From NCBI GenBank assembly GCA_951406725.2, contig OX597827.1:23064001-23128000 (forward strand): a stretch of DNA of 64,000 nt, in the 5' to 3' direction. Shown here piece by piece: positions 23,853 through 38,522 of the stretch. The position numbers were made by a program, and so were the translations under genes. Position 1 is the first letter of the stretch, and every line of letters starts with the position of its first letter. The notes beneath the pieces are model-generated. The model saw nothing but the letters and a program-made list of their open reading frames with translations. It searched no databases and was not told the origin of the DNA. Origin of the DNA: Octopus vulgaris (Eukaryota).

Positions 23853-24554
23853 ATATCTATAAGGGTCTTTCAAGTAGACAGTTACTGTACACAGTCTACT
23901 TATAACAATCCCCCCACCACCATTCATTAGACAATAAAAGTACAGTGACCACCACCACCAGCACCAGCACCACCACCACCACCACCAGCACCACCACCAC
24001 CATCAGTACCACCACCACTACCACCACCATGATATATTGTTCCTGATATTATTATTATATATATTCCAGGTCTGTTCCTTGCATTCATTTAATTAAGATA
24101 TACATTAGTCATAGCTCCAAATAATTTGTAATTAGATGCAGAGCTTTGTTAACGAACGAATGCATCTACTCGCAACAGTCACGTAATCTTGTTTCTCCAT
24201 CTGTCATCACTCTTTTTTTCTTTTTATTCAACTTGTTGCTTATGTTTCCTCGACCAAACGAACCCATCATAAAGCAGTGACAAACTCTTCAGGCTCATCA
24301 CGTACAAGGCTTGCTCATGAGTGCTGGGGCATTGACAAATGTACCCAACACACGGTCGAGGGTGGACGGTATTAGGAAGAGCATCAGGCCATAGAAACCA
24401 AGCTAAAGGTGAAGTGGAAAGCAAGTTGTGTTTCTCTGACCAATCTAGGTGGGTTGTTACTTGAAGAACTGGTTCAGATCGTGATGACCTCATTGAAAAG
24501 CTGTCAGCATGGGAAGTGGACGTGAAGTGGTGGTGGTGGTAATGATGATAATAA

Positions 24555-24786
24555 GGCAGCGAGCTGGCAGAATCGTTAGCACACCGGGTGAAATGCGTAG
24601 CTGTAGTTTGTCTGCCGTTACGTTCTGAGTTCAAATTCCGCTGCGGTCGACTTTGCCTTTCATCCTTTCGGGGTCGATTAAATAAGTACCAGTTACACAC
24701 TGGGGTCGATATAATTGACTTAATCCGTTTGTCTGTCCTTGTTTGTCCCCTCTGTGTTTAGCCCCTTGTGGGCAATAAAGAAATAG
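24555..24786 (+). mobile_element. Family A SINE, full monomer
   Basis: Head, B box, Deu/Nin domain and tail ending aaagaaatag. Confidence 0.85.
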
Positions 24787-24809
24787 GTAAAGATGATAGT
24801 CTGTATCTT

Positions 24810-25013
24810 TTATCTTTTACTTGTTTCTGTCATTAGATTGTGGCCATGCTGGGGCACCACCTTGATGAATTTTTCTTAAATGAGTCGACCCCAGTAATTA
24901 TCATTTTTTAAAGCCTGATAATTATTTTATTGGTCTCTTTTACCAAACCAATAAGTTACAGGGACATAAACACACCAACACTGTCAAGTGGTGGTGGGGG
25001 ACAAACACAAAGA

Positions 25014-25070
<57 letters not shown>

Positions 25071-25222
25071 GACGGGCTTCTTTCAGTTTCCATCTGCCAA
25101 ATCCACTCAAAAGGCTTTAGTTAGCTTGAGGCTATAGTAGAAGACACTTGTTCACGGTGCCATACTGTGGGACTGAACCCAAAACCATGTAGTTTGGAAG
25201 CACACAGCTACCCCTTTGCCTA
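24810..25222 (-). mobile_element. Family B SINE
   Basis: Reverse-complement family B blocks. Confidence 0.8.
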
Positions 25223-25839
25223 CGATGATGATTGAGAGATGAGCCCATGATTTCTAGCTGCCCACTCATCACCAAGTCTAAGGGTATTCACCGAGATGGT
25301 CAGTAGCTGCGGCCACTTGGCAATGTGGTCAGTGCTGAATAACAGATAGCCCTACTCACGCAATCATACACTCGACACATCAATGGTCTGACACTGAAAC
25401 ATAACTTCAATTATGCAATAATTGTTTTTAATTTCGGTATGAGGTCAGAAACTTTTAGGGGAGGGGTTCAAAGTGATTTACACTGAACCTAACACTTGAC
25501 TGGCACTTGTTTCATTGACCCCTGAAAGGATGAAAGGCAAAGTCAACTTCGAGTGTAAAAGGCATGTGAAAGAAAAGCTGTTAAGCATTTTGTTTGATAC
25601 AACAAAGATTCTGGCACCACACCACAATGGCCAGTCCACGTCCCTCCATAAGGAACACAGGGATGGCTTCCAAGTTTCCTGATGTATAGATTCCTCCCTT
25701 GATGGGACACTGGTCCTTCACATTTTTGCCAGTAGAATGGAGCGAAGTGAAATGAAGTGTTTTGCTCAAGAACACAATGCACCACCAATCTTGGGATCGA
25801 AACCACAATGTTACAATCATAAATCATGCAATGATGATG

Positions 25840-25885
<46 letters not shown>

Positions 25886-26143
25886 TAATAATAACAATCC
25901 TTTCTACTATAGGCACAAGGTCTGAAATTTTGAGGGAGGGGTAAGTCAATTATATCAACCCCAGTGTTTCACTGGTACTTAATTAATTGACCCTGAAAGG
26001 ATGAAAGGCAAAGTTGACCTTGGCAGAATTTGAACTTAGAATGTAGCAACAGGCGAAATACCATTAAGCATTTCACCCAGCATGCTAACAATTCTGCCAG
26101 CTCACCTCCTTTGCAATAATATAATAAATAATAATAATAATAA

Positions 26144-26197
<54 letters not shown>

Positions 26198-27058
26198 TAA
26201 TAATAATAATAGCATAAAACACAAAGTTTAGAATTGGGAACAGGTGTTACTGAATGAAATTGATCCCCAGTATTTTACTGATATTTTATTTTACAGACTT
26301 CAAAAAATTATAAATTCCAAGTTGACTTTAGTGTGATTTGAACTCAAAACATAAAGACGCAGAACGGACAGTGCATGGCACTTTGTCTCAACACTTTAAT
26401 TATTCTGCCAGTCTATCCCCTTTCCAGGAAGATTAGTCTTTTAGTTTCAGCAGCATTTCAAATACCGAAGTACTTTAGAGAAGGACCTTTGCATGAAAAT
26501 GTCACCAAGATACAAGAGACAGCTCTACCATTTACTGATATTGCCAGATTTTTTTCCAGTAATGAAATGGTCAGAAGCTGGTTTTAGTGAATGAGTAATT
26601 AATAAAATGTGTAGATATGTGGGGGGAGGGTTGGAGGATGGTAGTGGTGGTGGAGTTTATTGTGAGGAGGTCAATAGTTTTAAATGTTATTAAATGTTAG
26701 TAGGTTGGCCAAAGTCTTTATGTTGCACTGAATGTGACAAGAGATTAGTTACCAAGGGATCTGTTTTGTGGGGGGCGTGGTTGTAAAGGTTTGGTGATGC
26801 AGGGAGCTTTCAACTTTAGTTTCAACTTTCTGGGGTCAGTCATCGACACTGATCCTAAAAAGTCGAAACTAAATGATCTTATCCATGTGTGTTTGTGCAC
26901 ACACAGACAAAGTATATGTATATTTGTATATATTGTATATACATATGTATATAAGTAAACGTATATATGAATGTGTATGTAAATGTGTGTGTATGTGTAT
27001 GTATGCATCTATGTATCTATCTATCTTACTCTCTCATTATATATATACAATTACATAC

Positions 27059-27106
<48 letters not shown>

Positions 27107-28719
27107 ATGTGTGTGTGTGTGTATATATACACATACATATATATATCTATACTGGTGTAGTTGGGAGGGTCACTTTGCACCCATGTGGTTTCGAGTTCAT
27201 TTCCTCTGCATGGCACTTTAAAGTAACTATCTTCTATATCAACAATGGTGGTCTTTAGTGACAGTAAGAAAAGATTTCCAGACACGTAAGGAACTCACCT
27301 GGAGTACCTGTAATAAGAGTCGGACTTCTGGTAATCAAGTGCTTCAAAGCCAAGAAGGTTTTCCTTCTTCAGCTTTGTGTAGAAAATATTCTTCTCAATG
27401 GGGTCAAAACCTGAATTATGAACAAGGGGTTTCAAAACCACCTTCGTGGTGCATAATCCAAGCTTTGTATATTAGTTTCATGCGTCTCTATCCCATAAAT
27501 AGAAGTACAAAGAGGGGATTTATGGACATATCCCACCCATCTCTACTGTTATTGCTTGAGGTGTGACAGGTTTTGTCATTTACTGCTATTGTACCAAACA
27601 ACTGGCCAAAGCAGGTGTTATACTTTGGAGACTTCCACAGCCCAACAAAGGAGAAAGACCAGTAAAAAGAAATCCGTTGAAGGATTAGCAATGAATGCCA
27701 ATTTTAAAGATTTTCTAGAACAGACTGTTCTGTCAGTGATACACCCACATAATGCAAAAAGTCATTTTGACAATGTTTGCTCACACTGCAAAGCTTACAG
27801 ATGTCCAGCTGAATTGAGATCTCTCTGTTTCTTTGAGAGGAAGAGATAAAACAGGACAAACAGCATTCTCTCCTCCCCCTCTTCCTTTTGGTTGCTGAGA
27901 AACCAGAGCCCCAGGATCTAATCCCATCTCACAACACTTTTGTCCAAAGCAAATGTAACATACACCAGCAGAAAAAAAGGACCCAGAGGTCAGTGTTTCT
28001 GCTAATTTCAGTAATACGCTATCATTGCACCTATGTGTAAAACTTATCATGAAGATGAGTGTAAAGTAAGGACGTTTGAAGAATGGTTTTGAGTGCTGGC
28101 TTTTATTCGGAAGAAGTCAGGAGTAAAGCTACCAGATTTAGCAAGAGACAAAATACTTGACACATAGGCAGGTTTCATAAGTTACAATGCAATGTAATCA
28201 AACATCAAAAAATAGATAAGAAGAGTGGCAACAACAATAAAGCTTGAAGGAATCTCAGGTGTATAATGTTAGGTTAACCACAACAATATTAAATACACAT
28301 GGAAAAAGAAAACAAATATAAACACACACACACGCACACCATCATGACTGTGAAGTTGAGCAGGCTGCAGTCCACTATGCAACAATGTGAGTATCCGTTT
28401 ATATATATATATACTGGTGGCATGTAAAAAGCACCATCCAAACGTGATCATTGCCAGGCCTGCCTGACTGGCTCCTGTGCTGGTGGCATGTAAAAAGTAC
28501 CCACTACACTCTTGGAGAGGTTGGCATTAGGAAGGGCATCCAGCTGTAGAAACATTGCTAGATCAGATTGGAGCCTGGTGCAGCTGCTGGCTCTCCAGGC
28601 CTCAGTCAAATCGTCCAACCCATGGCAGCATGGAAAACGGACGTTAATAGATGATGATAATGACAATACATACATACACACACATATACATGCACATGCA
28701 CACAGCGTGTGTGTGTGAG

Positions 28720-29550
28720 GGAAATGGCTTTGGTGATGATAAAAGTCTGGTATCTTGTTCAATATATGGAAAAAGAGTAGTATAAACTCCATATACTGTA
28801 GCCAATGTAGGCTATGGACACACCAGAGATGTAGTGGAATTGCAGACAGACAAATAGAGAATGTAAGCTTTGTTGGTGATAGACACAGTGGAGCAATTCT
28901 TATTATAAACAGACGGGAAATAGAATCTCTTATAATTACCCAGATGACTCACCAGACAGAGTCGATAGCTTTTGTTACTTAGAAAACTTTTGTTATCTGT
29001 TATCATCAGCAAGTGAGGTGGCTATTCTGAACGTAGAGTAGCCAGGGTGTGTCTAAGTGGGAGAAAGTACAGGGATCTACGACTGCTGTTGGCAACAAAA
29101 GGCTTTTCCCATGGTTGTATGACGCTTGTGTTAGAAATGCAATACTGCATGGTAGTAAGAGATGGGCCTTGAATGTAGAGGATTTGAGAAGACTGGAAAC
29201 AAATGAACCCAGCATGTTCCACTGGATGTGTAATGTAAGAGTGTATGAATGACTTAGTACAAAAATGCTGAGAGAAAAAACTGGACAAAAGGGAAACCAG
29301 ACATTGTGTGCAAGATGGATGATTGCACTGGTATGGACATGCCATGCATGTGGATGAGAACAGCTATATAAAGAAGTGCTTAATGTAGATGGGGTTTGCA
29401 GAACAAGGAGACTCTGGAAGACGTGGGATGAATTAGTGAAGACTGATCTCAGGACCTTAAGCCTCACAGAGGAAAAGACAAAGGATTGGAAGGGCAGGTG
29501 AAATGCAGTTTTTGAGAAGACCCACCTATCTTGGCACAAGTGAATCATGG
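28720..29550 (+). mobile_element. Degraded RTE-clade LINE ORF2 C-terminal half
   Basis: NSIYCSQCRLWTHQRCSGI zinc-finger insert, YDACVRNAILHGSKRWAL (LYGSETW motif), LHWYGHAM, KTWDELVKTDL and AVFEKT end. Confidence 0.8.
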
Positions 29551-30268
29551 ATCAGCTCTGTGTGTGTGTATATATAGTTGAAGTTTATAGAAAAACAAAC
29601 AAAAGATGAAGACAGGTGTATGAACAACAAAATAAGTATATTAGTTTGACACTTGGGGAAAAATGAAAAAGTTTTTTAAGTTTCGAGCATACACTCTTCA
29701 ACAGAAAGAAATAAAAAGAAATAAACAGGGAGAGAATGAAAAAAATGTGTAGAGGTCAGTGCTCCAGCATGGCAAATATATGTGTGTGTGTGTGTCTCAT
29801 CCAATTTCCTGCTCAGGTGACTACCCCACACCCATCATCTTTCTAACTGCATCATGTAACACTAAACTTGTCTCCCAACTGGCCACATTCAAATCCCACT
29901 GACCACAATGGTCAGAGCATTGTTGAAAGGGAGACTAATCAACATCCCCATGACACCCGTTGTCCATTGAAATGAATAAAGACCATTTAGTGCAAACATG
30001 TCAATGATTCTGGTCCCAGATCGAAGCTGAAGTTGGATTCCTAGAATAAAAAACTTAACCAAAAACAATGGTTTTATTAAAATACATTTGCTTTTTGCCA
30101 AATTAGAGTTGTTATATAGTCTTTTCTACTCTAAGTACAAGGCCTGAAACTTTTTGGGAGGAGGGGGAGTCGATTAGATTGATCCCAGTAAGCAACTTGT
30201 ACTTAATTTATCGACCCCAAGAGTTGTTATATTAAATTACCAAATAGGCCCTTAAATACTTCTCATGC

Positions 30269-30299
<31 letters not shown>

Positions 30300-30319
30300 A
30301 TACAGACACACATACAAAC

Positions 30320-30374
<55 letters not shown>

Positions 30375-32379
30375 CATACACATACACACACACACATTCT
30401 CAATGAAGCTAACATCACCTCAGGCAAGTTCTGGTATTTCAAAAATGTCTCATGTTGCTTTCTATTTTCAGTTGATTTTTTTCAAAAGTCATCAAAAAAA
30501 AAAAAAAATTACTCATCTTTTGTCCTAGCAGGAAGTGACAAAGATATAAACAAAATGCTGACACCACCCACCTGAAAACACCTCCCCACTCCCACACCCC
30601 ACTTACACCACCTAAATCGTTGTCATTGTCATCATCATCATCATCATCATCATCATCAGCGTTAGCAACAATACAACAGATGCAAACACCACTAACAGCA
30701 TTACATTAACAACAACACCAACACAACCAACACCACCATCCCAACTGGGACACAATCCCTGCCATTACCAATATTGTTAGCACTATCACCAACACCCCTG
30801 ACTACCATTTTCATACCTATTTCATTCCATCACCACCACCATCATAACAACCACCTTTACCATTCCCGCTAACACCACCATCAACACTATCAGTACCAAC
30901 ATCACCTGTAACTGGTGTTCTCTTAATTACGACAACAAAGGTTCCAGTTAATCCCATTGATGGAACAGCCTGCTCATGAAATTAATGTGCAAGTGGCTGA
31001 GTACTCCTTAGACATGTGTACACTTGAAATAAAGTGTCTTGCTCAAGGAGACAATGCACTGCTGGGAATTGAACCTACGACTATAGGATCATGAACTGAA
31101 TACGCTAACCACTAAGCCACATACCTTCACCAATATTAACAACACAATCAACACCATTCACTAACTTTACTCCTCCCCTGCCCCCATACTACCATGCCCA
31201 ACACCACTATGAAAAAACAACAATTACCCCCCCACACACACAAACACAGACACACACATACACACACTTACACACACAAAGTGTGTTTATATAAATGATC
31301 CAACACAAATACGATTAGAAAATAGAGGACTTGTAAAGTAATGAAGTACCTGAATATGTAGAGAATTTGTCTAAATTCTAAAATATCCTTAAAGAAGAGA
31401 CAAATTCTGAGATGAATTGGCTGGAAGAGACCAATCACCCTCCTCCACTTACTGAACGTTTTGACTTTATAAAAAGAAACCAGGCGGAAACAAGTGATGA
31501 CATGTTTCAGGGAAATCAATGACTGTGTAGATAAAGTGTTACAGTATTTGTATTATGTCAGTGTTGACTCATGGTGGAGTTGTCAGCTTATCTCTACCGG
31601 TTGTAGGTGGACATTTCTGGTCTGGCCAGTTGTAGGTTAGACACTGTCCTCCCATGCTGCTTGTGGAACTACCTCTGGCCAGTGACACCACCAAACTGGA
31701 ATTTGAATTTGAAACACAAAAGTACTGCAGCAGATGTTACAAGACATCTTATCTGATGGTCTAATGATTGTTTTGAGGCACAATCCCATATTACTACCTT
31801 ATTTATTGACTCTCCTTTCTACTGGAGGAGGGTGGGGGCAATAAACGGCAAAATTGACTTTGGTGAGATTTGAACCCATAGCACAGTCTCTATGTCGTGT
31901 CTGAAGTAAATAAAGAGGAAATATGATAAAAAGTCATGATGTTATAGCTTAATTAAAAAATATGATTTTACTCATTATGTCATTCAAAGTGATGATTATG
32001 TTTGGCACTGGAAAAGCTGCCTTTTACTCAAAATATCTCTCATTGAAAAAAACCCACAAAACCCCTACTTTTGAAACACAAAAATGGTCTCTGATACCTG
32101 AAAGGGAATATTCAGAGGGGGCAATAATTTTGTACTTCAGAATATTTTGGCACTAAACTCATTGGTATTTTCAATCCATTTAGGGTACCAGTGAATGTTT
32201 AGGATAACATTTGGGGTACATAACCGAGCTATGTGTGTTCCTATCATTGACCAGAAGCTTTCACTGAAACTGTGGCAATGACAGGTTGTATTTAAGAAGA
32301 AAAGGCAGAGGAAGAGAATAAAGATTGGTCCAAACGGACGACTGTGATTGACGTGTTGTATCACACAAGCTGTACCTTA

Positions 32380-32770
32380 GGCGCAGGAGTGGCTGTGTGG
32401 TAAGTAGCTTGCTTACGAACCACATGGTTCCGGGTTTAGTCTCATTGTGTGGCACCTTGGGCAAGTGTCTTCTATTTTAGCCTTGTGAGTGGATTTGGTA
32501 GACGGAAACTGAAAAGAAGCCCGTCGTATATGTGTATGTGTGTGTATATGTTTGTGTGTGTATATTTTTCTGTGTCTGTGTTTGTAACCTCAACATCGCT
32601 TGACAACTGATGGTGGTGTGTTTATGTCCCCGTAACTTAGCAGTTCGGCAAAAGAGACCAATAGAATAAGTACTAGGCTTACAAAGAACAAGTCCTGGGG
32701 TTGATTTGCTTGATTAAAGGCCACAGTCAAATGACTGAAACAAGTGAAAGAGTAAAAAAAAGAGTAAGAG
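32380..32770 (+). mobile_element. Family B SINE, full length
   Basis: ggcgcaggagtggctgtgtggtaag head through aagtgaaagagtaaaa tail. Confidence 0.85.
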
Positions 32771-32899
32771 TATGAATAACAGCAGCAACAATAAATACTT
32801 CACTTGTTTATCAGAAGAGCAACATTTTGTGGGTTGAGAGTGAACTTTTCAAAAAGTACTTAACACCTGATAATATTCCTTGTGTTTTCCATAACCTCT

Positions 32900-33620
32900 A
32901 AAATAGGTGCAACATAACAAAAGCCTAAGCAAAATAAAAAAAAACTGAGCATGATAAGAAAAATTTATGCATGGAGTCTCTTCACCATAAAAGTTATGCA
33001 TGAAGCCATCATTGAGAGGGAGTGTAGCAAATGTTGGGTTGGGGATTGTTACATCACACCACATTTTAAAGGTCATATTTTTGCAATCCAGATGTAAAAT
33101 AGAGCAATGAAATATTTAATAAACAAAAGAGACAGTAAAGACCTTAAACAATGAAGAAACACTTGAAAATGTCAATTGTGTCATATCTGTGGAAGGCATT
33201 ACACATGTGATCAGAAACTGGTCCTAAATGTCATCAAGATAATGCCTTCTTATATGGCATGGCATGATTGCAGAAACAATACACAATGATAACTGTAGGA
33301 CAGACTAAACTCAGATAAAAATTTAAATTCTTCTAGATGTCTCATTTCAACATAATAAATATTGGATGGAACATTCCCACCAAAATCACTGCCAAATCCT
33401 TAATCATCTGTTATGATGTCTTTGAAGAAATTTTCTTGCCAAATGAAATTAAGCAAAGAAAAGCTTCATCTTATGTGGATTCTATGTAAGCAGAAGAGTG
33501 AAAATATTTTACACTGTAGTTGATCATGCAATGTCTTACTATCAGCTGATGCCTAAATCCTAGGGACAGAATCTTCATTTCTTTTTTAGAAACCAATTGC
33601 TACATAGGAAGTTGTTTAGA
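32900..33620 (+). mobile_element. Degraded R4/Dong-like LINE remnant (same family as 8480-9806)
   Basis: TPHFKGHIFAIQ..KYLINKRD and KCQLCHI-VEGITHVI...MSSR...WHGMIAETIHN knuckle region. Confidence 0.6.
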
Positions 33621-34842
33621 GTCAAATAACAAATGTACACACACACACACATCAAGTTCTAAATTTATGATGAAAATGACCACACTGAAGCCAAAATGAA
33701 AATAAAGAGTAATTATTTGCTTAACTCTCAATCAAAGGCTATGAAAGTGGACAAGTCTTTGATATCTTGAGCTTAAGCTCTTCTTCTGAGGGTAAGAAGG
33801 AAGAATTGTAAAGGAAAGAAGGATAGAAAAAAATGGTAGTAACCAGAACAAAAAAAAAAGGGAAAAATACATGTTCTTTGTTTAGTGAAATGGGAAATGG
33901 GAAATGAGAGAGTGAGAAAGAATGTGGTTTCCATTAGTGCAAGAGCAACAAGGGAGGTAACTGTGTGTTGTTAACAGCATATGAACTCTTTTGTGTGGGT
34001 GTACAGTCATGACATGTGCAGCATAGTATGCACACGTGTATTGTTAGTGGTGTGTATAATTTTATAGAGATAGATTTAACTGGAAATTCAAGCTTCACAT
34101 AATGGGTTAGTCAAGTAGATTTGTTAAATAAGCTGTTAGGCTTTATTTGCAGTTTCAGTCAAAACGAATTCAATAAATTTAACTCTATCATTGGGGGTAG
34201 GCTTAGGTCTTCCTGTCAGTAAATGTTCTGGTGTTAAACTTCAACATTCCTTGATGAAAGCAACCTGAATATGGGCAAATATATTTACACAGACATGTGT
34301 GGAGAGTATGTATGTATGTATGTATGTATGTATGAGTGTGTGTGTATGTATGTATGTATGTATGCATGCATAAACACATTTGTGTGTGTGTGTAAATTGT
34401 GATTCAAACAATGCCATCCACAACATTGACTATACACCAATAAACTGAGACTATTGCTCTCCCTATGAAAGCTGTCAAATACACACATGCACACACACAA
34501 AACAGTACACACATAACCACACATGCACATAGATGCATACATACCTATTACATACCCCATGATCAGAACTATACTGGGCTTTGCTGGCAAGTTATTCTCT
34601 GAGTCCACCACTCAAGTATTACATACCTATACTCGTCTATAGATAAGTTAACATTTAATAGTTCACTTAACGTAAGTGTGCATGTGGGCGTAAGTAGGAT
34701 AAAAGCATAGTTTCTTCGATACAACAAATAAATCTGTTTAAATATAATTATTCATTCTACCATTATCTCTTTAACCTGTCTTGTGCTTACACACATACCT
34801 ACATACACACACATATCTATATATTATTATTATTATTATTAT

Positions 34843-35050
34843 GAAAGTCTCTTGGAGAGTTCTTAATTACTGGTTGATCTTAACTTGAAAGTAGGCAATA
34901 AGAAATCAAAGGTTTCAAGTAATGCCTTCTCCTGTGACTCAAAGAGACAATACTCTCCTTAGAATGTGAACTGTACCCAACACTGCCATCTTCTGGATCA
35001 CCTTGAGCCCAACAGCAGCTCCAATATTCTTAATATGTTTTTCAAAGCCC
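34843..35050 (-). mobile_element. 3' end of an R4/Dong-like LINE flanked by (TAA)n on both sides
   Basis: FEKHIKNIG...VIQKMAVLGTVHILRRVLSL-stop, the typical QK..LLGT.RILR terminus. (ATT)n at 34823-34842 and 35051-35094. Confidence 0.7.
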
Positions 35051-35094
<44 letters not shown>

Positions 35095-35759
35095 TTAAAA
35101 ATATTATAGTCTCAAGATGCTAATACTATTGAAAACAGTTTCATGTCCAAATCCTTCCAGAAATGGAAAGGTAAAATTAGCAATCATCAGATGTAGTTGA
35201 GTAGAAAAATATGACTTTGTTTCTTCAATTTGATATCTAGTTAATAAAAAAAAACAAAAAAACAAGGGTGCAAACCCTATGACTTACAGTGACATTTTCT
35301 CACACTTGTGTTAGGGTCAGGTATATAACTAATTCTATCTTGGAAATAACTAGCAGCCAGAACTTAAAGTATGGGATTACATTATTAATGATCTCCTTAT
35401 TTGAAGATAAGATGGACATTTTTTAAAAACTACTTTCATTAATTTTTGAAATTTGTTGTTGGATAGTAGGAAGCTATGTTAAAAATGTTGAGCTCAAATT
35501 TGGTTTCTGGAAAGGCTTGGTACCTTTCACCAGACCCAATGTCATTTCAAGGATATCAACTATTTTCAAGCTGGTCTCTATTGTGACTTTGCATGCCAGG
35601 AATTCAAGAGCATCCGTTTACTTTTACATACATTTATATTTCTCTGTCGTCTGTAGATGTTCTTTTCAGACTCTGACAATGTCCCAACTATCTTCCACAC
35701 TTACTTTCTAATCCACAATTTTAAGACCACCATAATCAATGTCAGCCAAATGAAATTAG

Positions 35760-36190
35760 GGCCAGTCTAATTGTTGAAACGCTACGAGGCATGTAGACTT
35801 GTGCTGTATGCAGAAGGTAAGATGGAGGTGAGCCTCAGCAAGATTCATCATGGGGAGAGTCCTTAGCTAGATTCCTAATGGGCACAAAATTGGAAGATAA
35901 AGTAATTGAGGCAGAATGTGATAGGTTAGTTAAGCTAAGACTTGTCTTAGATAAATCAACAGATACTTTTATCTCTACGAATGCTCCAGTTTAGGCTGGC
36001 AGATGAACAGTAGGACTAATTTTACAAGATACATTTACAGATTACTTTGATGATGAATGACAGTGACTTCATTATCAAAGCAGGTGACTTCAATGGAGGT
36101 TTTAGATTTGGCTCAAGAAACGAGGGAACAAAGCTGCTGGTGTTCTGTGATGCAAATGATTTGATAATCTGATTGAAAGAAACTTGCAAA
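35760..36190 (+). mobile_element. RTE LINE apurinic endonuclease domain remnant
   Basis: HVDLCCMQKVRWR, CDRLVKLRLVL, FIIKAGDFNG and GTKLLVFCDANDLII. Confidence 0.7.
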
Positions 36191-38165
36191 CTCATGATAA
36201 TGCATACATTATTTTCAACATTGCTTTGTGCAACTCTAAATTTGTTTATTCCAGCTTGACTCTGCTTTACACATGTCGGCAAATATACTATTTGCAGTTT
36301 TAATATATATGACTTATCATTCTTACAAAGGGATTCGGTATTCATAGCCAACAATGTGCAACAACACAGAAACACTTGCATTGTATGATCCAGTGATGTC
36401 ATGCGGAGCCCAAAGTGTTTCACACATCTTGTCTGAGAGGAGATATTTCTCCTCAAAATATTTCTATAGCAAAAGATCTTCTTACATCTAATAAGCACAC
36501 AAATATTTAAAATATAACTGCACACATACACATGCACACACACATACACAGATGCGTGATACCTTGAGCAAGTGTCTCTGTTATAGCCTTGGGCTGGCCA
36601 AAACCTTGTGAATGGATTTAGTCGATGGAAACTGAAAGAAGCCCATCATGAATGTATGCACGTATGTGTATATGTATGTTTGTGTCTCTTTGTCCTGACA
36701 CTGGCAGATTGTTGTAAATGAATGACACTCATTTGTAATAGTCTGTGAAAACATGTTTGGCCATAGGGAAATATATTACCTTGCTCGAAAACAGGCAAGG
36801 TTTGGCAACAGGAAGAGCATCTCAATGTAGAAAATCTGCATCATATATACATACATACATACACACACACACACATATGTAAATACATATCTTTATATAT
36901 ATATATATATATCTATATATATATATACATGCACACTCATGCATACACACAGTTATTGCCATTTTCACATCCACTTTTCCATGCTTGTGTGAGTTGGATA
37001 AAATTTGTTAAGGCAGATTTTTTACGGCTGGATGCCCTTCCTGTCACCAAACCCCGTTTATTTTTAAGTAAATTACTATTTTCCCATGACTAGGCATGTT
37101 TTTGCAGAATATTGGAAATCAATGATGTTGCTTATTTGTGGCATTTATTTACAACCATCATGTGATTCAAAGACAAAGAGACTTTTATATCCTTCTATAC
37201 ATTGGATATATGGATTTCATGAAGCAGGGAGAGACACAACCCTCTTCAAAAGACGTACTTTAAATTACTCCACTAAACACGATACTCCAATAGATACAAA
37301 CTTTCAATGACCACAACGACTCCTAAAGCTACTCTTTATAAGAGTTCAGCCAGTCCATTCTTCCAATCCCCCAGGGGTGTCAATGACTCTCACAACAACA
37401 GAGACACAAATACACATACACTTACACATACACAGAACAGGCTTCTTTCAGTTTCCATCTACCAAATCCACTGACAAATACTCTGGTTAGGCTATAATAG
37501 AAGATATTTACCCACGTTGCCCAGCAGTGGAACTGAACTGAAAACCATGTGGACAACAAGCCTTTGTCTTACCCCACAGCCACAGGACAACATATTTTTG
37601 CCCCACCTCCTCTCTTGCATCCCACCACGTCCACTTACCTCCTATACTACTGTCCATCTCCCACCACCACCACATCCACCACACCTATCACCACCACCAC
37701 CACCACCACCACCACCACCAGCTATACATATTGGTGTAACTATAGCAACAGGCAGCTATCACATATGGGATGAGATATCAGGTGAAGAATATATTAAACA
37801 ACAATAAACTTTGTCATTAAGGTGACAACTAACCTGCAGACAACTGGGTGCTGGTGGTGCGGGGTGGGGTGGCAGTGGAGTAGTTGCAGTGGTAGTATAG
37901 TGGTGGCAGCTAGTGGTAGTAGTAGTAGTGTAATTGTGTGAGTAGCAATGAAATGGTGGCCGAGATGGTAGTAGCGGTGGTGTGAGTGATGGTGATAGAT
38001 CAGCCTTGATTCAGTAGATTTACAAGTGAAAGACGTTCAAGCTGTGACCATGTCTGCTTCTTACAAGAGTGGGATTTGACTGCTATTTCTAACAGACTGA
38101 GTAACTGATTTGAAGCTCCTTTTTCTATTATGTATGTATGTGTGTATGTATGTATATGTATGTAT

Positions 38166-38522
38166 GTATATGCATGTATATGTGCCTGTCTTCTACAATA
38201 GCCTCGGGCTGACCAAAGCCTTGTGAGTGGATTTGGTAGACGGAAACTGAAAGAAGCCTGTCATATATATGTATATATATATGTGTGTGTGTGTATATAT
38301 GTTTGTGTGTCTGTGTTTGTTCCCCCACCATCACTTGACAACCGACGCTGGTGTGTTTACGTCCCCATAACATAGCGGTTCGGCAAGAGAGACCAATAGA
38401 ATAAGTACTAGGCTTCCAAAGAATAAGTCTTGGGGTTGATTTGCTTGACTAAAAGGCGGTGCTCCAGCATGGCCGCCATCAAATGACTGAAACAAGTAAA
38501 AGAGTAAAAAAAGAGTTAAGAG
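38166..38522 (+). mobile_element. Family B SINE, 5'-truncated
   Basis: Family B body and tail. Confidence 0.8.

Noticed and set aside
27258-28260. Possible Penelope RT remnant or unannotated exons
   Set aside because: Only vague patches (MGS, FMDI); no catalytic motif and no convincing phase-compatible splice sites.
31446-31503. Candidate alternative first exon (MSSLVSAWFLFIKSKRS|gtaagt)
   Set aside because: The phase 0 donor is incompatible with exon 2 (phase 1), and there is no other support.
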